64,000 nt of DNA, taken from Phoronis australis (taxonomy: Eukaryota > Animalia > Phoronida). The notes under the pieces were generated by a model, which worked only from the letters and a program-made list of their open reading frames with translations, was not told the origin of the DNA and did no database searches. The position numbers and the translations under genes were made by a program. Shown piece after piece: positions 26,690 to 40,200 of the stretch. The stretch is taken from assembly GCA_002633005.1 (NCBI GenBank), contig NMRA01000233.1, positions 558,001 to 622,000 on the forward strand, read 5' to 3'. The stretch's first letter is position 1. Each line of letters opens with the position of its first letter.

Positions 26690-27282
26690 TCAGTCAAGAA
26701 ATGCGTTTGATTTACCACTCCCTGATTAATCCATACATCTGAAAAACCCGATACACAGACAGAAGTTTCCTTATTTGCAAGGTTGGCAATCTGATATCGA
26801 ATGTAACGCAAAACTGCCTTACTATGTGAGGTACAAAACAAAGTACCATCTTGAGAATTATCTAGAAATGGTTGGTATCCCACGTGTTTTTATCCAGTCT
26901 CTGACTCGATTGCGATGTTCAAATCATTTGTTACTAGTGGAAAGAGGTCGCCACACAAGTATTCCCTATGAAAACAGGTTGTGTGAGTTATGTAATTCGG
27001 GGTGTGTACGTAGAGGACGAATACCACATTGTGTTAGTTTGTAGTGCGTACCAAGACCGTCGGGTTAAGTACTTAAGTGATCGTTTTTGTCATTCTCCTA
27101 CGACATCTAAATTTGATTCTCTCATGAGAACTCCAGATAGCCTACTTATTAAATTCGTCCATCAGGTTCTCAAGCGTCATAATGTATTATCCAGTTTGAA
27201 ACGTGGCACCTAACAATGTTCTGTCTTGTACATGATATACTTGGGGCCTATGGCCATGTGTCTACTGTCTCAATAAATCATA
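26690..27282 (+). mobile_element. 5'-truncated LINE with an inverted 5' segment, in methyltransferase intron 1
   Basis: + strand: LQGWQSDI...YLE...LTRLRCSNHLLLVERGR...CELC...EDEYHIVLVC..Y (frameshifted) and AATAAA tail. - strand at ~26690-26767: GFSDVWINQGVVNQTHFL. TSD ATAAAGAAG(T/C)ATTCA at 26678-26692 and 27283-27297. Confidence 0.8.
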
Positions 27283-27792
27283 ATAAAGAAGCATTCATGT
27301 TTTTGAAAATCTTAGTTTGGAGCGATTACTGCTTTTTAATGTGGCTACTTAGTTGGCGTTCCTTATTTTTCGCATTTACACTTTGACGCGAGCTAAATTA
27401 CATTGTTGCCGCCACTGCTGCTGCTGCTACTGACATGGAGATGTTTATCATGACTTTGACGCTGTGTGTGGCTATATCTGGCTATTCCTAACGAGCTTGT
27501 ACCGCCCCTTGCTCCCTTTGTTTGAATTTCCCTCTTGAAACAGATTGACATGCACAAGAATTCCGCGTATGCTCTAGATGGCCAGTGGTTAATTGTAGTG
27601 TCTTTTAAATTAGTAGTGTCCAGTTATCACAGCTCGTTCAAATAATCAAGTAAAGATTGTTTTACTGCATCTTTTGCTTTGTTATGTTGTCAGGGTCATG
27701 ACACGACTTGAGAACTTTTCGTAGAAATCTGCTGTTCAATATTGTGTGACGTCACTGGTTCAAGTTTTTATTTAATCTCACATTTTTTGTAG

Positions 27793-27959
27793 AAGTCTTG
27801 TGTTGGTCAGTTTGATCACGCGGTCGACGTTGGTTGTGGCAGTGGTCAGTTTACTGGTCTTTTGGCTGGCCACTTTAAAAAAGTATTGGCTCTCGATGTC
27901 AGTGAATCCCAAATAACTGAGGCGCGCCAAAATAACGTTCACGAAAGTATCGACTACAG
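27793..27959 (+). CDS. Methyltransferase coding exon 2 (SAM-binding motif I)
   Basis: ttgtag|AAG...AG|gtaaaa; AVDVGCGSGQFT...FKKVLALDVSESQI. Confidence 0.95.
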
Positions 27960-28934
27960 GTAAAATATAAGTGTCATAACTTAATTTCGTTGCAGTGCCA
28001 CGGCCATTGATTAAAGAAGTTGTTTTCTTCGGCAAGGGCTCACATATGTGCATATTTTTGTGGCTACTCGTTTGCATGTACATGCGACCCCAAGTGCTGG
28101 ATCCGGAAACGCAGTACACTCGAGGAAATGCATGGGTGCACAACCATGGTGTTGCCCTGAATTATAAGCGAAGCACTTGAACACGCTAGGTTTGCTCGCG
28201 AGAATCTTGCGTCTACGGAGCTCAGCCCAGGTTCCAGTGTCTAATTTAAACACTCGATTTTAAACTCGTCTAGTCACATATTCTGTAAAGAGGTCTTTCC
28301 ACAAAGGCAAACTGTTCCTCTATGGCGCCGTTTGCGAAGACAAAGTAACTCCTCGTACACCTAGGTGGCGCTATGAGTCACCGGTCCCAAGTAATCATTC
28401 CCCATTGCTTCCGGAATGTTTCCCATTGAAAGTGAATTCAGAGCTTCAAAAAAATGACATCTGGTTGTTCCTCGAGACCAGGCTCTACAAGTTGACTTGT
28501 TGTATCATTTTTTGCGCCAAGCATGGTCGCGACTAACAGTGACCAGACAGTTCTTTGCAAACTCCGAAGTCATTTCTAATCTGAATAGGGAACAATGTGA
28601 GACCAATTTTAAAGCGGCACGTGGTATCAATAAAATTCTCTTCTTAGGTTGAACGCGGGTTTTTTTAGGCGGTTAGCTTTCTGGATGATTATTTGGAAGT
28701 ATCTTGTCACGAAGGAACGTTTCAATTTTGCATTGTTGTCATGTAAAAATCAACCTGAGTGATGATACTTGTTTACTCAAGTTTCTGATAAACTGACCAT
28801 TTGGCCGTTTGAAATACAACTAAAATGAAGTGATCATATGTCGACCGTGTGCTGGCGGAGCTGCTGTCCCCAAACCACTTGTGAATTTGTCGTTTTTCGC
28901 CATCCGTGTGTCTGCTCTACGAATTTCTTTTCAG

Positions 28935-29148
28935 AGTAAGTCCTGCCGAAAACATACCTGTGGAACCCGAAACTGTCGACTTGGTAACGGTCGGTCAGGC
29001 ATTACACTGGTTTGATTTGGACAGATTTTATAAGGAAGTCCACCGTGTTCTAAGACCAGGTGGGGTGCTGGCTGCATTTACCTACGACAATCCCAAAATT
29101 CATTTCAAAGACTGCTCGAACGACCTCAACAAAATTCTTTTCGATCAG
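28935..29148 (+). CDS. Methyltransferase coding exon 3
   Basis: tttcag|A...CAG|gtaaat; PAENIPVEPETVDLVTVGQALHWFDLDRFYKEVHRVLRPGGVLA. Confidence 0.95.
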
Positions 29149-31017
29149 GTAAATGTAAACCCAGAGTGTGACTATTTTTAGGTTGACAGTGCTCCGTAGT
29201 GACGGTCTTTTGATGAAAATTTGCAGCCCGGGGCCCTGGGACGGCAGCGAAAACTGCGTGTTGTCATACATGAGCAATAGTGCAGGTCTGTAGTACTAAC
29301 AGACTTGGCCGATCGAGCTATGATGCTTCCATGAGTGAAGCACCGAGTGAATTGATCTGGACACTGGCGGAACTATGATGTCGCACTGGGTCGAAGCAAA
29401 ACATTTGCGTCGTCTGTAAAATAGCATGATTACGAAATTTTATTAATTTTCAGAGGGGGGGGGGCATTCCTCGTGACTTCTCCCAAGACGTCTACGCCTG
29501 CTTTTGAACAATTAACCCTTTTGCGAAATACGATCAAGCAGGGTGGATTTGTGTTCCTCCTCTGTTGTTGCCATACTGATATTTATGATTGATATATGTC
29601 CCGAATAATATATAAATGATACGTGCGTCACAAGCTCGTTACCAGAGATGAAAAGGAGTATTTCCCTGCGGGAATCCTTCTGAGATTTGTGAGACCTTGT
29701 GCTGGTCTTCCACATCTGAAAGTTTAAAGATTTCGCGAGATAAGGATTTCGTCCCAGCTTCCTGCTAGGTTTGGAAACTTGCAAGTCTTCTATTAGCGGT
29801 CTTCTAAGAGATAAAAGCAGCAGTATTCATCTAAATCACNCTGGACACTGGCGGAACTATGATGTCGCACTGGGTCGAAGCAAAACATTTGCGTCGTCTG
29901 TAAAATAGCATGATTACGAAATTTTATTAATTTTCAGAGGGGGGGGGGCATTCCTCGTGACTTCTCCCAAGACGTCTACACCTGCTTTTGAACAATTAAC
30001 CCTTTTGCGAAATACGATCAAGCAGGGTGGATTTGTGTTCCTCCTCTGTTGTTGCCATATTGATATTTATGATTGACATATGTCCCGAATAATATATAAA
30101 TGATACGTGCGTCACAAGCTCGTTACCAGAGATGAAAAGGAGTATTTCCCTGCGGGAATCCTTCTGAGATTTGCGAGACCTTGTGTTGGTCTTCCACATC
30201 TGAAAGTTTAAAGATTTCGCGAGATAAGGATTTCGTCCCAGCTTCCTGCTAGGTTTGGAAACTTGCAAGTCTTCTATTAGCGGTCTTCTAAGAGATAAAA
30301 GCAGCAGTATTCATCTAAATCACTTTCTTACCAAGTTACAAAATGTTTCGAATTTGGTGTTTTTAACGATTTGGGCGCATTAAAATGCTTATTTAGCGGT
30401 TTTTGCGAAGAATGTTCAAACGTGTTCCATTTTTTAGGGTAAACTAGGATTATAGAGCATCGTTTTGTTTCAAAGGTTTGAGTTTTCTGGGCATATGTCA
30501 TGAAGAGGACATTTGATATTAGTCAACTGACTAAAGTTAGACCACGTAAAATCACGTGAGCGAAAGTCAAGTGTTTCGGGAGCATGCTTGAGACTTTACG
30601 GGGTAGAGTTGAGTAGCTCTCTCGCGCCCAAAAAAAACTAGTCAAAATCAGGTGTTCTCATCTATATTACCCTGCAAAACCTCCCGTAATCGTGCGAACT
30701 CTTGCTTCATTAGCGAGGTCCTAGCGTTATTGAACTCTAGCCGGAACTAGCGGGACCTGAAGTGATAAACGAATTCACGGTTTCGAGTTGGACATGCGAC
30801 TGGGATCTCACAAATGTCAAGGAATTGCAAACACAATTAATATACTTCATATGCATTTATTTCGGTTTAAAAATTTTATTTCTTTTTAATGTGACATTGT
30901 AATGAATTTAAATCAATGATATTGTTTCTTAGTCAGTAAACAACGTAGTTATTGCCATTTGAATTGTGGATACATTTTTGACACACCGTTGGACATGTTT
31001 TTTTTTTCTTTGGTCAG

Positions 31018-31118
31018 TTCTTTCAACACTTGTTCGACACAGGATCGTGGAACAAAGGGCGACTCGATGTAGAAAACAAGTATGAGAACTTCACCTTGCC
31101 ATACGCGGACAGTGTTCG
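31018..31118 (+). CDS. Methyltransferase coding exon 4
   Basis: ggtcag|TTC...CG|gtgagt; W...R..VENKYENFTLPY; phases fit. Confidence 0.85.
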
Positions 31119-32344
31119 GTGAGTTTCTTGATACATCTTTGAATGGGTGAGTTTTCTAAAAAAATTAGAAGTTTGCCAGAAAATTTGTCGTGACTCAGTA
31201 AAGATGGTTCAGTTATCAGTACTAACCATTCGCGAGACGCCAGCGGCGAGATCACTTATTTTATGCTACTTAAATAGTGGGCGTTGTCGATGATTATCTA
31301 CACACGTACGGTAATTATCCACTTATTCAGCACACAATAAGGCGGACAAGTGAAATTCAATTTTGTCACATTTCTTCATAAAAATAAAGATTAAGGAAAT
31401 TTTAGTTTGGTGCTAGCATAGTTTGCAGTTTGTAGATATCACAAACTACATTTGGTGAAGTTTCCACTTATTGTAACAAAGTAATCAGCCTTTGACAAAT
31501 GGAAAAGTGGCAATTTTGTTGTTTCGTGCGAAGTAGGTAGGGAATTACCGTACCATTCACAAGATTCGCCTAGTCATTTCCAAGAACAGACTGGTTCAAA
31601 CTCCCCCAAATTGTGGGCGTGTGTTATTTCTCCGTGATCTTGCGCTGTGGGTAACTAGTGAAGGTTTCCGCCGAAGCCGGAGCGGCATAGTGTACACACT
31701 TACCCCACAGTGGAGGATTCTTACCTAAGTTTATCGTGGTAAACGTTAGTCGAAAAGATTTGATGAACATCGGAGCATTACGACAACTAACATTAATTTG
31801 CAGCAAAATGCTGTTTCAGTCACTTTCTATTTCCAGTTGAAAACTGAATTAATGAGAAATTCGCATTAAAAACTATTTGAAAAATAATTGTCATTTGAAA
31901 TAATAATAAAATTATGGTTAAGACATCAATGTGTCCAATCTACTTATTTTTGCCTGTTTTACGCTTGCTACCTCATTTTTCTTATGACGGAACATAACTT
32001 CATACGTAAAAACATCAAAATCCGAAAAAGTGGGGTAAGGGTGAAATCACTGTTCTGTTTTTGTGATTACGAAAACACCTCGCCACAACACTGTTGACTT
32101 TGTGCACGCGCAGCATCATGTGATCAAGCGACACTTGGGGCTAGAAGGTCATAATGAATTGTTACTGCTTGTTAAAAACAAACACATCAAAACATCAATG
32201 GCTGTTCATGCAACAGTTTGTGACGGATTTGTAGAGCTTGTCAGATAACGTAATAATGGTTTGGGGAAGAAATGGAACGACATTAGCAACTCTGCCAGAA
32301 AACACTCTTTATAAGAAATGAACTTCATTGATTACCTTCAAAGT

Positions 32345-33350
32345 CTTGTTGTAACAGTTACGATTTTTTGTTTGACAGACACATCTATACGGGGGTTTAA
32401 GGACTATGGTTCATGATGGCTCACCAGTTACTGGACAATTTCTGTGACCATTGTTATAGACTAGATATAATCGTTATGGATAGTTTGTTTGACAGACACG
32501 TACGATAGAGCGGAATCAGAACTCTGATTTATGACATCCAGCCAGTTACTGAGCTCTTTTAGTAATTATTGTCATAGGCTGATTGTAACTGTTGCGGTTA
32601 TTTGGTTTAACAGAGACGCATCCTGGACATCCGCGCACACCCAGCCTAAAAATGGGGCCTCGAATTTTTTTGCGAATGTGGACTATATACTAAGATTCAC
32701 GGGGTGCGTTCAGAGCTATGAATTCTCCATTCGTCGAATATTGGTAGTTCCTGCCTTTTTAGTAGACTTTTGTCTCGTTTTGTACTTTGTTGGGGAGTTT
32801 TTGTTTCTCTGAGGCGCACCTTTTTGCCCACTTCGCCAAATGGGGGTGGTTCGTTTGAGCCCCCGAGCCCCACCCCCTCCCCCTCCTTCCCCTGACTGCG
32901 CATGCTGTGGAGTGGATTCAGGACTCTGCCTCATGATATCCGACGAGTTAGTGTGCAACTTTTAAGTGTTACCGTCAGTTATTTTGTTTGATAGAGACAC
33001 ATCCGATAGAGCGGATTTAGAACTGGTTCACAATGTCTGACGAGGTATTTCGCAACTTTTTATTGATCGTGGTTACAGACTATTTGTAAAAGTTACAGTT
33101 ATTTGTTGTTTTTTTTTTTATTGTTATTTTTTGACGGAGGCACACCAGACAGAGCATACCAGGACTTGACGAGTCAATGTGCCATTTTTTTACCATGATT
33201 GTAGTTTAGTTGCAACATTTACAAATATTTTGTCTTACAGAGACACGTCTATGCAGGACTCTAGTTTATGGTTGCTTACCAGTTCCTGTGCCATTTTTGT
33301 GACCATTAGTTGCAGCCTACATATATTTTGTCTTCCAGGGACGCGTCTGT
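32345..33350 (+). repeat. Degenerate ~100-140-bp tandem repeat, each unit containing a copy of the exon-5 splice acceptor region
   Basis: TTTG(T)TT..CAG-(A/G)GACAC/GACGC motif with AG at about 32378, 32495, 32613, 32994, (33137 AG lost), 33240 and 33338 (functional); GC-rich insert at ~32630-32905. Confidence 0.7.
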
Positions 33351-33473
33351 TAAGATACAGAGGGACCTGCCCGTAGATGATTTTTTCGGCTATTTGTCTT
33401 CATGGTCCGGTTATCAGTCTTACATCAAGAACTATCCCCACGACAAAGATTTGCTTGACCGAATGAAACAGAA
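33339..33473 (+). CDS. Methyltransferase coding exon 5
   Basis: ttccag|G GAC...AA|gtaagc; DDFFGYLSSWSGYQSYIK. Confidence 0.92.
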
Positions 33474-34477
33474 GTAAGCGTTCTTTTTTGTGTGTATATT
33501 TTGCAGAAATAGGCTAGTCGGGAAATAGCACAGCACGCTCTCATTCTAATTTATTTACCCACAATGCAACTAATGTGTGACGCACTACTTATTCACGCGC
33601 AAATGTACAGGATACTCTCGTGTCATTTATGTAATTCATCATTATAATGCAGACAAACGTGTGTTATTGTGTTTTGAATTGACATCATATCAAAAAAGTT
33701 GCATAGAAGGCAAATAACAGTAAAGTATTGTTCTTTCCTTGTTAACCAGCTGAGGCCTAATCTTTTGAAAAGTAGGCCAGTGATGCAATCCATTTTTCTA
33801 CTTCCGCGGCAGAGGAGAGTTGAGGTCTATTTACGAGTTCTTTAGGTGAAGGTGCTTGATTACAGTAGTTCTCTAAGCTGTTGATAATTTCGTGTTTGTA
33901 CATTTATCTGTATTCGGTTGTATTTCCTTTCATTTTACGTTGTGAACTCACAGTCAGTACATTCCGAGTGATTGGTTGAAGTGGCTGTAAGACCGAGCAG
34001 TCAGTCAAAGAAACTAACTTTTTATTTTGGACCACTTACTGCTATAAAACTGACCCCAACTCGGTCCTGACTCGGATGAGAAGTGGTTTCACGGGTAATG
34101 AAAAAACTGACGATTCGTTGTTGCTCGAAACCATTCTCGACACATAAAATGACCCGCTGTGACAAGCTGGCTTGTAGAGCCCGATCTCAACCGTCAATAC
34201 TTAAGGTGTCGGTTTCCAAGCCTAGAACCACTAAGCATCTGAGTTAGGAACAACTTTTAACTAACCCGCGTTATGTGTACGGCAGGCGGATAAATAACTG
34301 AAACAGGATTCACGTATATAACCGTTTCATTGCCGTTATGATGCTAGTTGAACAAGTAAGTCAATCGAATGAAAGAAAATGATATCTTTTGTGTCAACAG
34401 TATCAACTTTGGTTTCTAGCTCATGTACAACCACTGAAAACAACAGGAGCTCTACCAAGAGACCTTCCTTTTTTCAG

Positions 34478-34568
34478 CATGCTGTCAATAGTCAGGAAAG
34501 ACGCTGGGGAAGACGTAATCTTTCACGTGACTCATGACATTACAATTTTAATGGGGAGGAAGCCTTGA
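34478..34568 (+). CDS. Methyltransferase terminal coding exon
   Basis: tttcag|C ATG...ILMGRKP*; the six exons join to 822 nt (273 aa + stop); AATAAA at 34787. Confidence 0.88.
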
Positions 34569-35450
34569 CGGTGCTGAGGAACTGTTGGTTTATCTTGTCA
34601 GTGATTTGAAGACAATGCATAAACCAAACTAAGCGCACTTTGGACGTGCGTCATACTCTCATAGAGGCTATTCATGCTTGACTTGCAATCAGTTCCGGAA
34701 GTTCTTAATGGAATCGTTTTTAATATTTATTAGTTATTGCAATTCGGGAGCGGTCGGTAATTCGTGGCGAACCTTTTGAACTGCTAAATAAATTCCTGGA
34801 TTGTCTGTGTCTTTAACAAATTTATAGTCCAATTTCCAGGCTCCCAACTGACTCGAAATCGATTTTTACATTTTCTTGTGCATTTTTTACTCATTCGGTA
34901 ATTTGAGAATTCTTGATTTGACCACTAATCAGTTACAAATATTTCACGAATCACAAGAATACACACTGAAGCGTGGACGAAGTAAGGAAGGTCAAGGTAA
35001 CTTTAAATAGTAGCTGTTCAATACGAGATGCAGGAGGTATTTTCATTGTTTCTGGCGGACAACATCGCCGCGTAGTGGCCCGAAGTATTATCAGTTATTT
35101 TTTCAGGCGAAATGAAAATCAATACACGTCTTTCGTTTTTAGCGATTCCTGGCCTTAACTCTAGGTAACGCGGCAGCTACCTGTTTAAGCAGAACACCAG
35201 ATTCATGAACAAGTTGTGATTCAGATAAGTCCACCGTGTTTACTTGCAGATTTCGTTTTCTGTCAATCTTGGATTGCAGTGCAGTGACAATAGCAACCTG
35301 CTGCGATTTCAGGTAGCCTTCAACACCCCAGATTTGCAAAATCTCTCATTGAGTGGTAGCTGTCTTGAGACACGCTTGTGGAATCTGTTGTTGTAAATTT
35401 GCTTTCAGAATATACTGTTGACTCGTGTCGAGCAGAAACAGGGAAGTGTT

Positions 35451-35516
35451 CTCGCTGGTTCCCTACGTGCCTAGCCTAGCTGGCTACCACCTAGCGACAC
35501 GCAGTGAACCAGCGAG
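35451..35516. mobile_element. 66-bp micro-MITE with 9-bp TSD
   Basis: TIR CTCGCTGGTTCCCTACGTG versus rc CTCGCTGGTTCACTGCGTG (17/19); TSD GGAAGTGTT at 35442-35450 and 35517-35525. Confidence 0.75.
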
Positions 35517-36789
35517 GGAAGTGTTCTGAGATCCGATGAAACTCTTAAATCAGGTGGTAAAATATATTTTTGGCAATAAAGTTTAATAGATAAGGCTTAG
35601 TAGCATATTTTTTTCTCAAACTTTTTACTCAATATAATAAGTACGGATCAGATCACACAATTACATTGTCCTCACAGCAGTGAATAAAATAACTTTTTTG
35701 TTTAGTCACGGATCAGTTAAGGTCAACTTATGAACGTTGCTACCGTTATGATTCATTTGTTGTAAACAAAAAAGGTCAATACCTTGCCAGCGTTCTGTAA
35801 ATTCATCATTATAGATCGTCTAATTACCACTTGACCACCACTCGGTGGTTTTATACTTCGATAGCCAACCCGCGCCAGAAGCCCCGTTAGGTCACCCCCA
35901 CCCCCAGACCGTAAACATCCGCCTATTGAACATTGTTGAAAGATCCCCTATTGCGAATTATGTGTGGTCGGGACTTAAGTTATCAACTGCCCATTTAAGT
36001 GAATATGAAAATTGAGCCATTTTCCCCGTCCTCAGTGAAGTGGAACTTACATTTCATCGTTTGCACACAAGCTCCCAGATTCTGTAATAATTCTAGGTCA
36101 GCGTTTGCTTTTTGTAAATGTTGAACAATTCCCTAACCAAACCTACCTTCATCCACTTCTGTCCTTTTAAGTTCAATCAACTTTTCTTCCCAACACTCTC
36201 CGATTTTATATTTAACTTCGAGTGCCTCATAAATGTGTGGGCGCACGCGGGCATAAAAATGAAAGTACTTAACTTCGCAGAATCAAGTGTTCTTGGGTCA
36301 GTTTATATGAAGGCTGATACGACTACTAGTCCTCGGAGACGTATTCGTAAGCAAAACAATGAACTGTACTTGGTTTTCGCAAACGAAGGGGCCCCAACCA
36401 CAATGAAAAATGACCGCGTGAATAGGGGGTCTACCTCGTTTTTTCTTTGAGTTGTCTGAGGGGAGGGGGACATCCCGCGTTTTTGATGAATGGGCTTCAC
36501 AGCACCCGACGACAAAGTGTCGACTTGATTGTATGTGAAGAGTGCAACTATATGTGTATATGCGGGTGAACTGGTGAAGCAAGGTTTTTTGACACAGCCT
36601 GGTATATGTAGATTTAAAACGAAGTCATGAACACTCCATTCTTGAAAACATGTTCGTATTATAAACCTTTGGAGACATTGAAAAAGTTGACAGTGAAGAA
36701 AGACTTTTACTGAGCAATACATACACTCATCTAATGTTCTAAAGTTTATTTCACGAGACGAGTCTTTGTCTCTGCGAATTTATAGATAA

Positions 36790-37290
36790 TATCTTCAAAG
36801 TAAATGGATTCAAATGCTTCTTTCCCAGTTGACAGAATGTCGAGGCCTGTTAAGGCATCATGACTCTTCAGTTTGCTGAAATATGTTTGCAAGTTGCCAC
36901 TGAGACAGGCATGGTCAACAATAACTGCAACGCAGTTCTCAGGTTTGGAAACAAATCCTTTCCACTTTGTGTGGTGGCCTTCGGAAGCTCATCTGTTGTT
37001 GAAAACTTGTATGTGTACAGTTGTTTCTTGAGGAGCGATCGGCAGTCGATAGTTTCTTCACTAAGTAAGCTGCCGTTGAAATCCCCTTCAAATGCAGTAC
37101 CAAATCGGCAGATCGTTGCAACAGACATGATTCCAAGCAGCCAAACATAAGTGACCAGCAAGAGGAAGCCGAGCTGAGAGTTCAGTGTTTGAGTCGAGTT
37201 TTTGCGTTCTTGAAGTTCAATTGCCAACGTTTCTATTGCAAGCTTCACCACGCTGACAATTTCATCTGACACGGATAGTCTCTCAGTCTA
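36790..37290 (-). mobile_element. Decayed hAT transposase C-terminus (dimerisation domain)
   Basis: DLFPNLRTALQLLLTMPVSVATC, then after a frameshift FSKLK...LTGL.ILS..KE; upstream GLSVSDEI...LNSQLGFLL. Confidence 0.8.
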
Positions 37291-40200
37291 CAGCTTCCTC
37301 CCAAGTTGTGTTTCAGTTACGCATCATATGCCTCAGTCTCTGTGGACCTTTTGGAGACCTTAATTGATATAAAGAACTGTTCTTACTGTTGTATTAGACA
37401 AAAAGTGTCCAGACAGAACACATTACTATTGAAGTGATGTTTTACTGTGGTACTAGACAAAACGAGTCCATTTGACACAGATTGATTTAAAGAACCATAC
37501 TTTCTGATGTATTGGACAGAAATGACCACATACAACAGGTTAGTATCGAAAGTAATGCTTACTGTCGATTTCACAAAAAGTGCCTATTTAGAGCAGATAG
37601 CAATAAGGAACCGTTCTTACTGATGCATTGGACAAAAATTCTACATACAACACGCTGAAGATTTCACCTGTCATCGATAGTCCGACATCTGGTGCTTTCT
37701 CTCCAGACGTATTCACTTTCGCCTCACACTGAAAATTCCAAGCTACCAAACGTTAGTGACTGGAAATGTTTGAGTCCAGTTTCTGCGTTCTTACAATTCT
37801 ACTGCCAACGTTTCTACCGCAAGCTTCACCACGCTGACAGTTTCATCTGTCACAGATAGTCTCTGTCTGTAGATTCTTCCCCAGTTGTGTTTCACTTTTG
37901 CATCATACGTCGCTCTGTGGGTCTTTGGAAGACCTTAAAAGGTCCCTAGATTGATGTAAACAACCGTATTAGACAAAGTTTTCCAGATAGTACAGATGAC
38001 TATTAAAATGATGTTTACCGTAGTACTGCACAAAAGGTCTCCATTTAAAATAAATTGATATCAAGCTGAACCATTCGTAATGATGTAGTGTCCACATGCA
38101 ACAGGTCGGTATTAAAGGCAGTATTTACTGTCGTATTGCACTAAAAGTATCCAATTACAACATATTGGTATAAAGAACAGTTATCTGATATATGGAACAA
38201 AATGTCTGCATACATCCCACCGACGATTTCATCTGTCATAGATAGTCCTACATCTGGTGCTTTCTCTCCAGGGATCTTCGCTTTCGCCTCACATATACGA
38301 TTCCAAGCAACCAAAGATTATTAACTGGACGTCTAAGAGGAAGCCAAGCTGAGAGTTCTTTGTTTGAGTCCGGATACTGTGTTCTTGAAGTTCTGTAGCT
38401 AACGTGACTTCCGCAAGCTTCACCACGCTGACGCTTTCATCTGTCACGGACCTTAACACATCTCCCGCTTCCTCATCAGTCGTGTTTCACTTTCGCCTCA
38501 CATGTCGCACTGTGCGCCTTTTCAGTTAAGACAGAGTGGCTAGATTGATATAAAGAATTGTTCTTACTGTTGTCTTAGACAAAAAGTGTCCGGATAGATC
38601 AGGTTTGCTATTAAAATGATTTTAACTGTTGCGCTGGAAAAATATGTTTGTGTCCGGTTTCTGCGTTCTTCGAAGTTAAACTGTCAACTTGTCTACTGCA
38701 AGCTTCACCATGCTGACGATTTCAACAGTCACGAATATTCTAACATCTGTTTCCTCACCAGGCCTGTTTCGGTTTCTCTCCACGGTCTCTGTGTGGGCCT
38801 TTTGAAGACCACAAAAATGTCTAAATAAAACACATTGATATAAAAATAATGCTTACTTGTTCCTAGTGTACACATAGCACAAATTACTAAAAATGAGGCG
38901 TTGGACAAACATGCCTGCAAAGAACAGATTGATACCAGGAATGACGTTAACTGTTGTATTTGACACAACGTGTCCAGATGGAACGGGACTTCTACTATTA
39001 AAATGGTGTTTACTGTAGTACTGGAAAGACGTGCCGTTTAAAACAGATTGATATGAAGAACCATTCTTACTGACTGGTGTATTGGACAAAAAATGTCCAC
39101 ATGTAACACGCAGACGATTTCATCTGTCATTGATACCCCCACATCTGGTGCTTCCTCTCCAGACGTGCTCGCTTTCGCCTCACACTGAAAATTACTAGCT
39201 ACCAAACGTTAGTGACTGGGCATGTTTGAGTCCAGTTTCTGCGTTCTTAAAGTTCTACTGCCAATGTTTCTACCGCAAGCTTCACCACGCTGACAGTTTC
39301 ATTTGTCACCGATGGTCCCAAAACCTGCAGATTCTTCTCCTGTTGTGTTTCAGTTTGGCATCATACGTCGCTCTGTGAGCCTTTTGAAGACCTTAAAAGG
39401 TCTTTAGATTGATATAAACAACCGTTTTTACCTGTCGTATTAGACAAAAATTTCCAGATAGAACAGATTAGTATTAAAATGATGTTTATCGTAGTTTTGC
39501 TAAAAAGTATCCATTAAAAACAAATTGAAATAAAGAACCATTCGTACTGATGTATTGGAAAAAATGTTCACATACAACAGGTCGGTAACAACAGGTAATA
39601 TGCACTGTCGCATTGCAGTAAAAGTATCCATTGACAATAGATTGGTATAAAGAACCGTTATCTGATATATGGAACAAAATGTCTGCATACAACCCACCGA
39701 CGATTTCATCTGTCACAGATAGTCCTACATCTGGTGCTTTCTCTCCAGGCATCTTCGCTTTCGCCTCACACATACGATTCCAAGCAACCAAAGATTATTA
39801 ACTGGACGTCTAATAGGAAGCCAAGCTGAGAGTTCTTTGTTTGAGTTCGGATACTGCGTTCTTCATGTTCTGCAGCACATCTACTTCCTCATCAGTCGTG
39901 TTTCACTTTCGCCTCACACGTCGCTCTGTTCGCCTTTTCAGTTAAGACAAAGTGGGTAGATTGGTATAAAGAACTGTCTTAGACAAAAAGTGCCCCGATA
40001 GATCAGGTTTGCTATTAAAATGATGTTTACTGTTGTACTGTAAAAATGCGTTTGGCTCCTCGAGTTAAATTGCCAAAGTGTCTACTGCAAGCTTTACCAT
40101 ACTGACGATTTCAACTGTCACGAATATTCTAATATCTAATTCCTCACCATGCATGTCTCAGTTTCGCCCACGGTCTCTGTGTGGACCTTTTGAAGACCTC

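Noticed and set aside
26350-26883. 177-aa minus-strand ORF
   Set aside because: It is antisense to methyltransferase exon 1 and overlaps the LINE; only the short inverted LINE segment is meaningful.
28355-28375. CTCF-like motif CACCTAGGTGGCGCT (similar at about 25097, 19560 and 44480)
   Set aside because: Short motifs often carried by repeats; function cannot be supported from sequence alone.
29512-30268. Twin 90-aa minus-strand ORFs resembling a tandem gene pair
   Set aside because: Intronic, no recognisable domain, and duplicated only across the single-N junction at 29840.
34150-34240. tRNA/SINE-like head on the minus strand
   Set aside because: Only weak A/B-box resemblance and no cloverleaf; not callable as a tRNA.
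34973-35339. Possible RecQ/Academ-like helicase fragment (LIFISPEK) on the minus strand
   Set aside because: Only a short, weak resemblance with no Walker A or DEAH motif.
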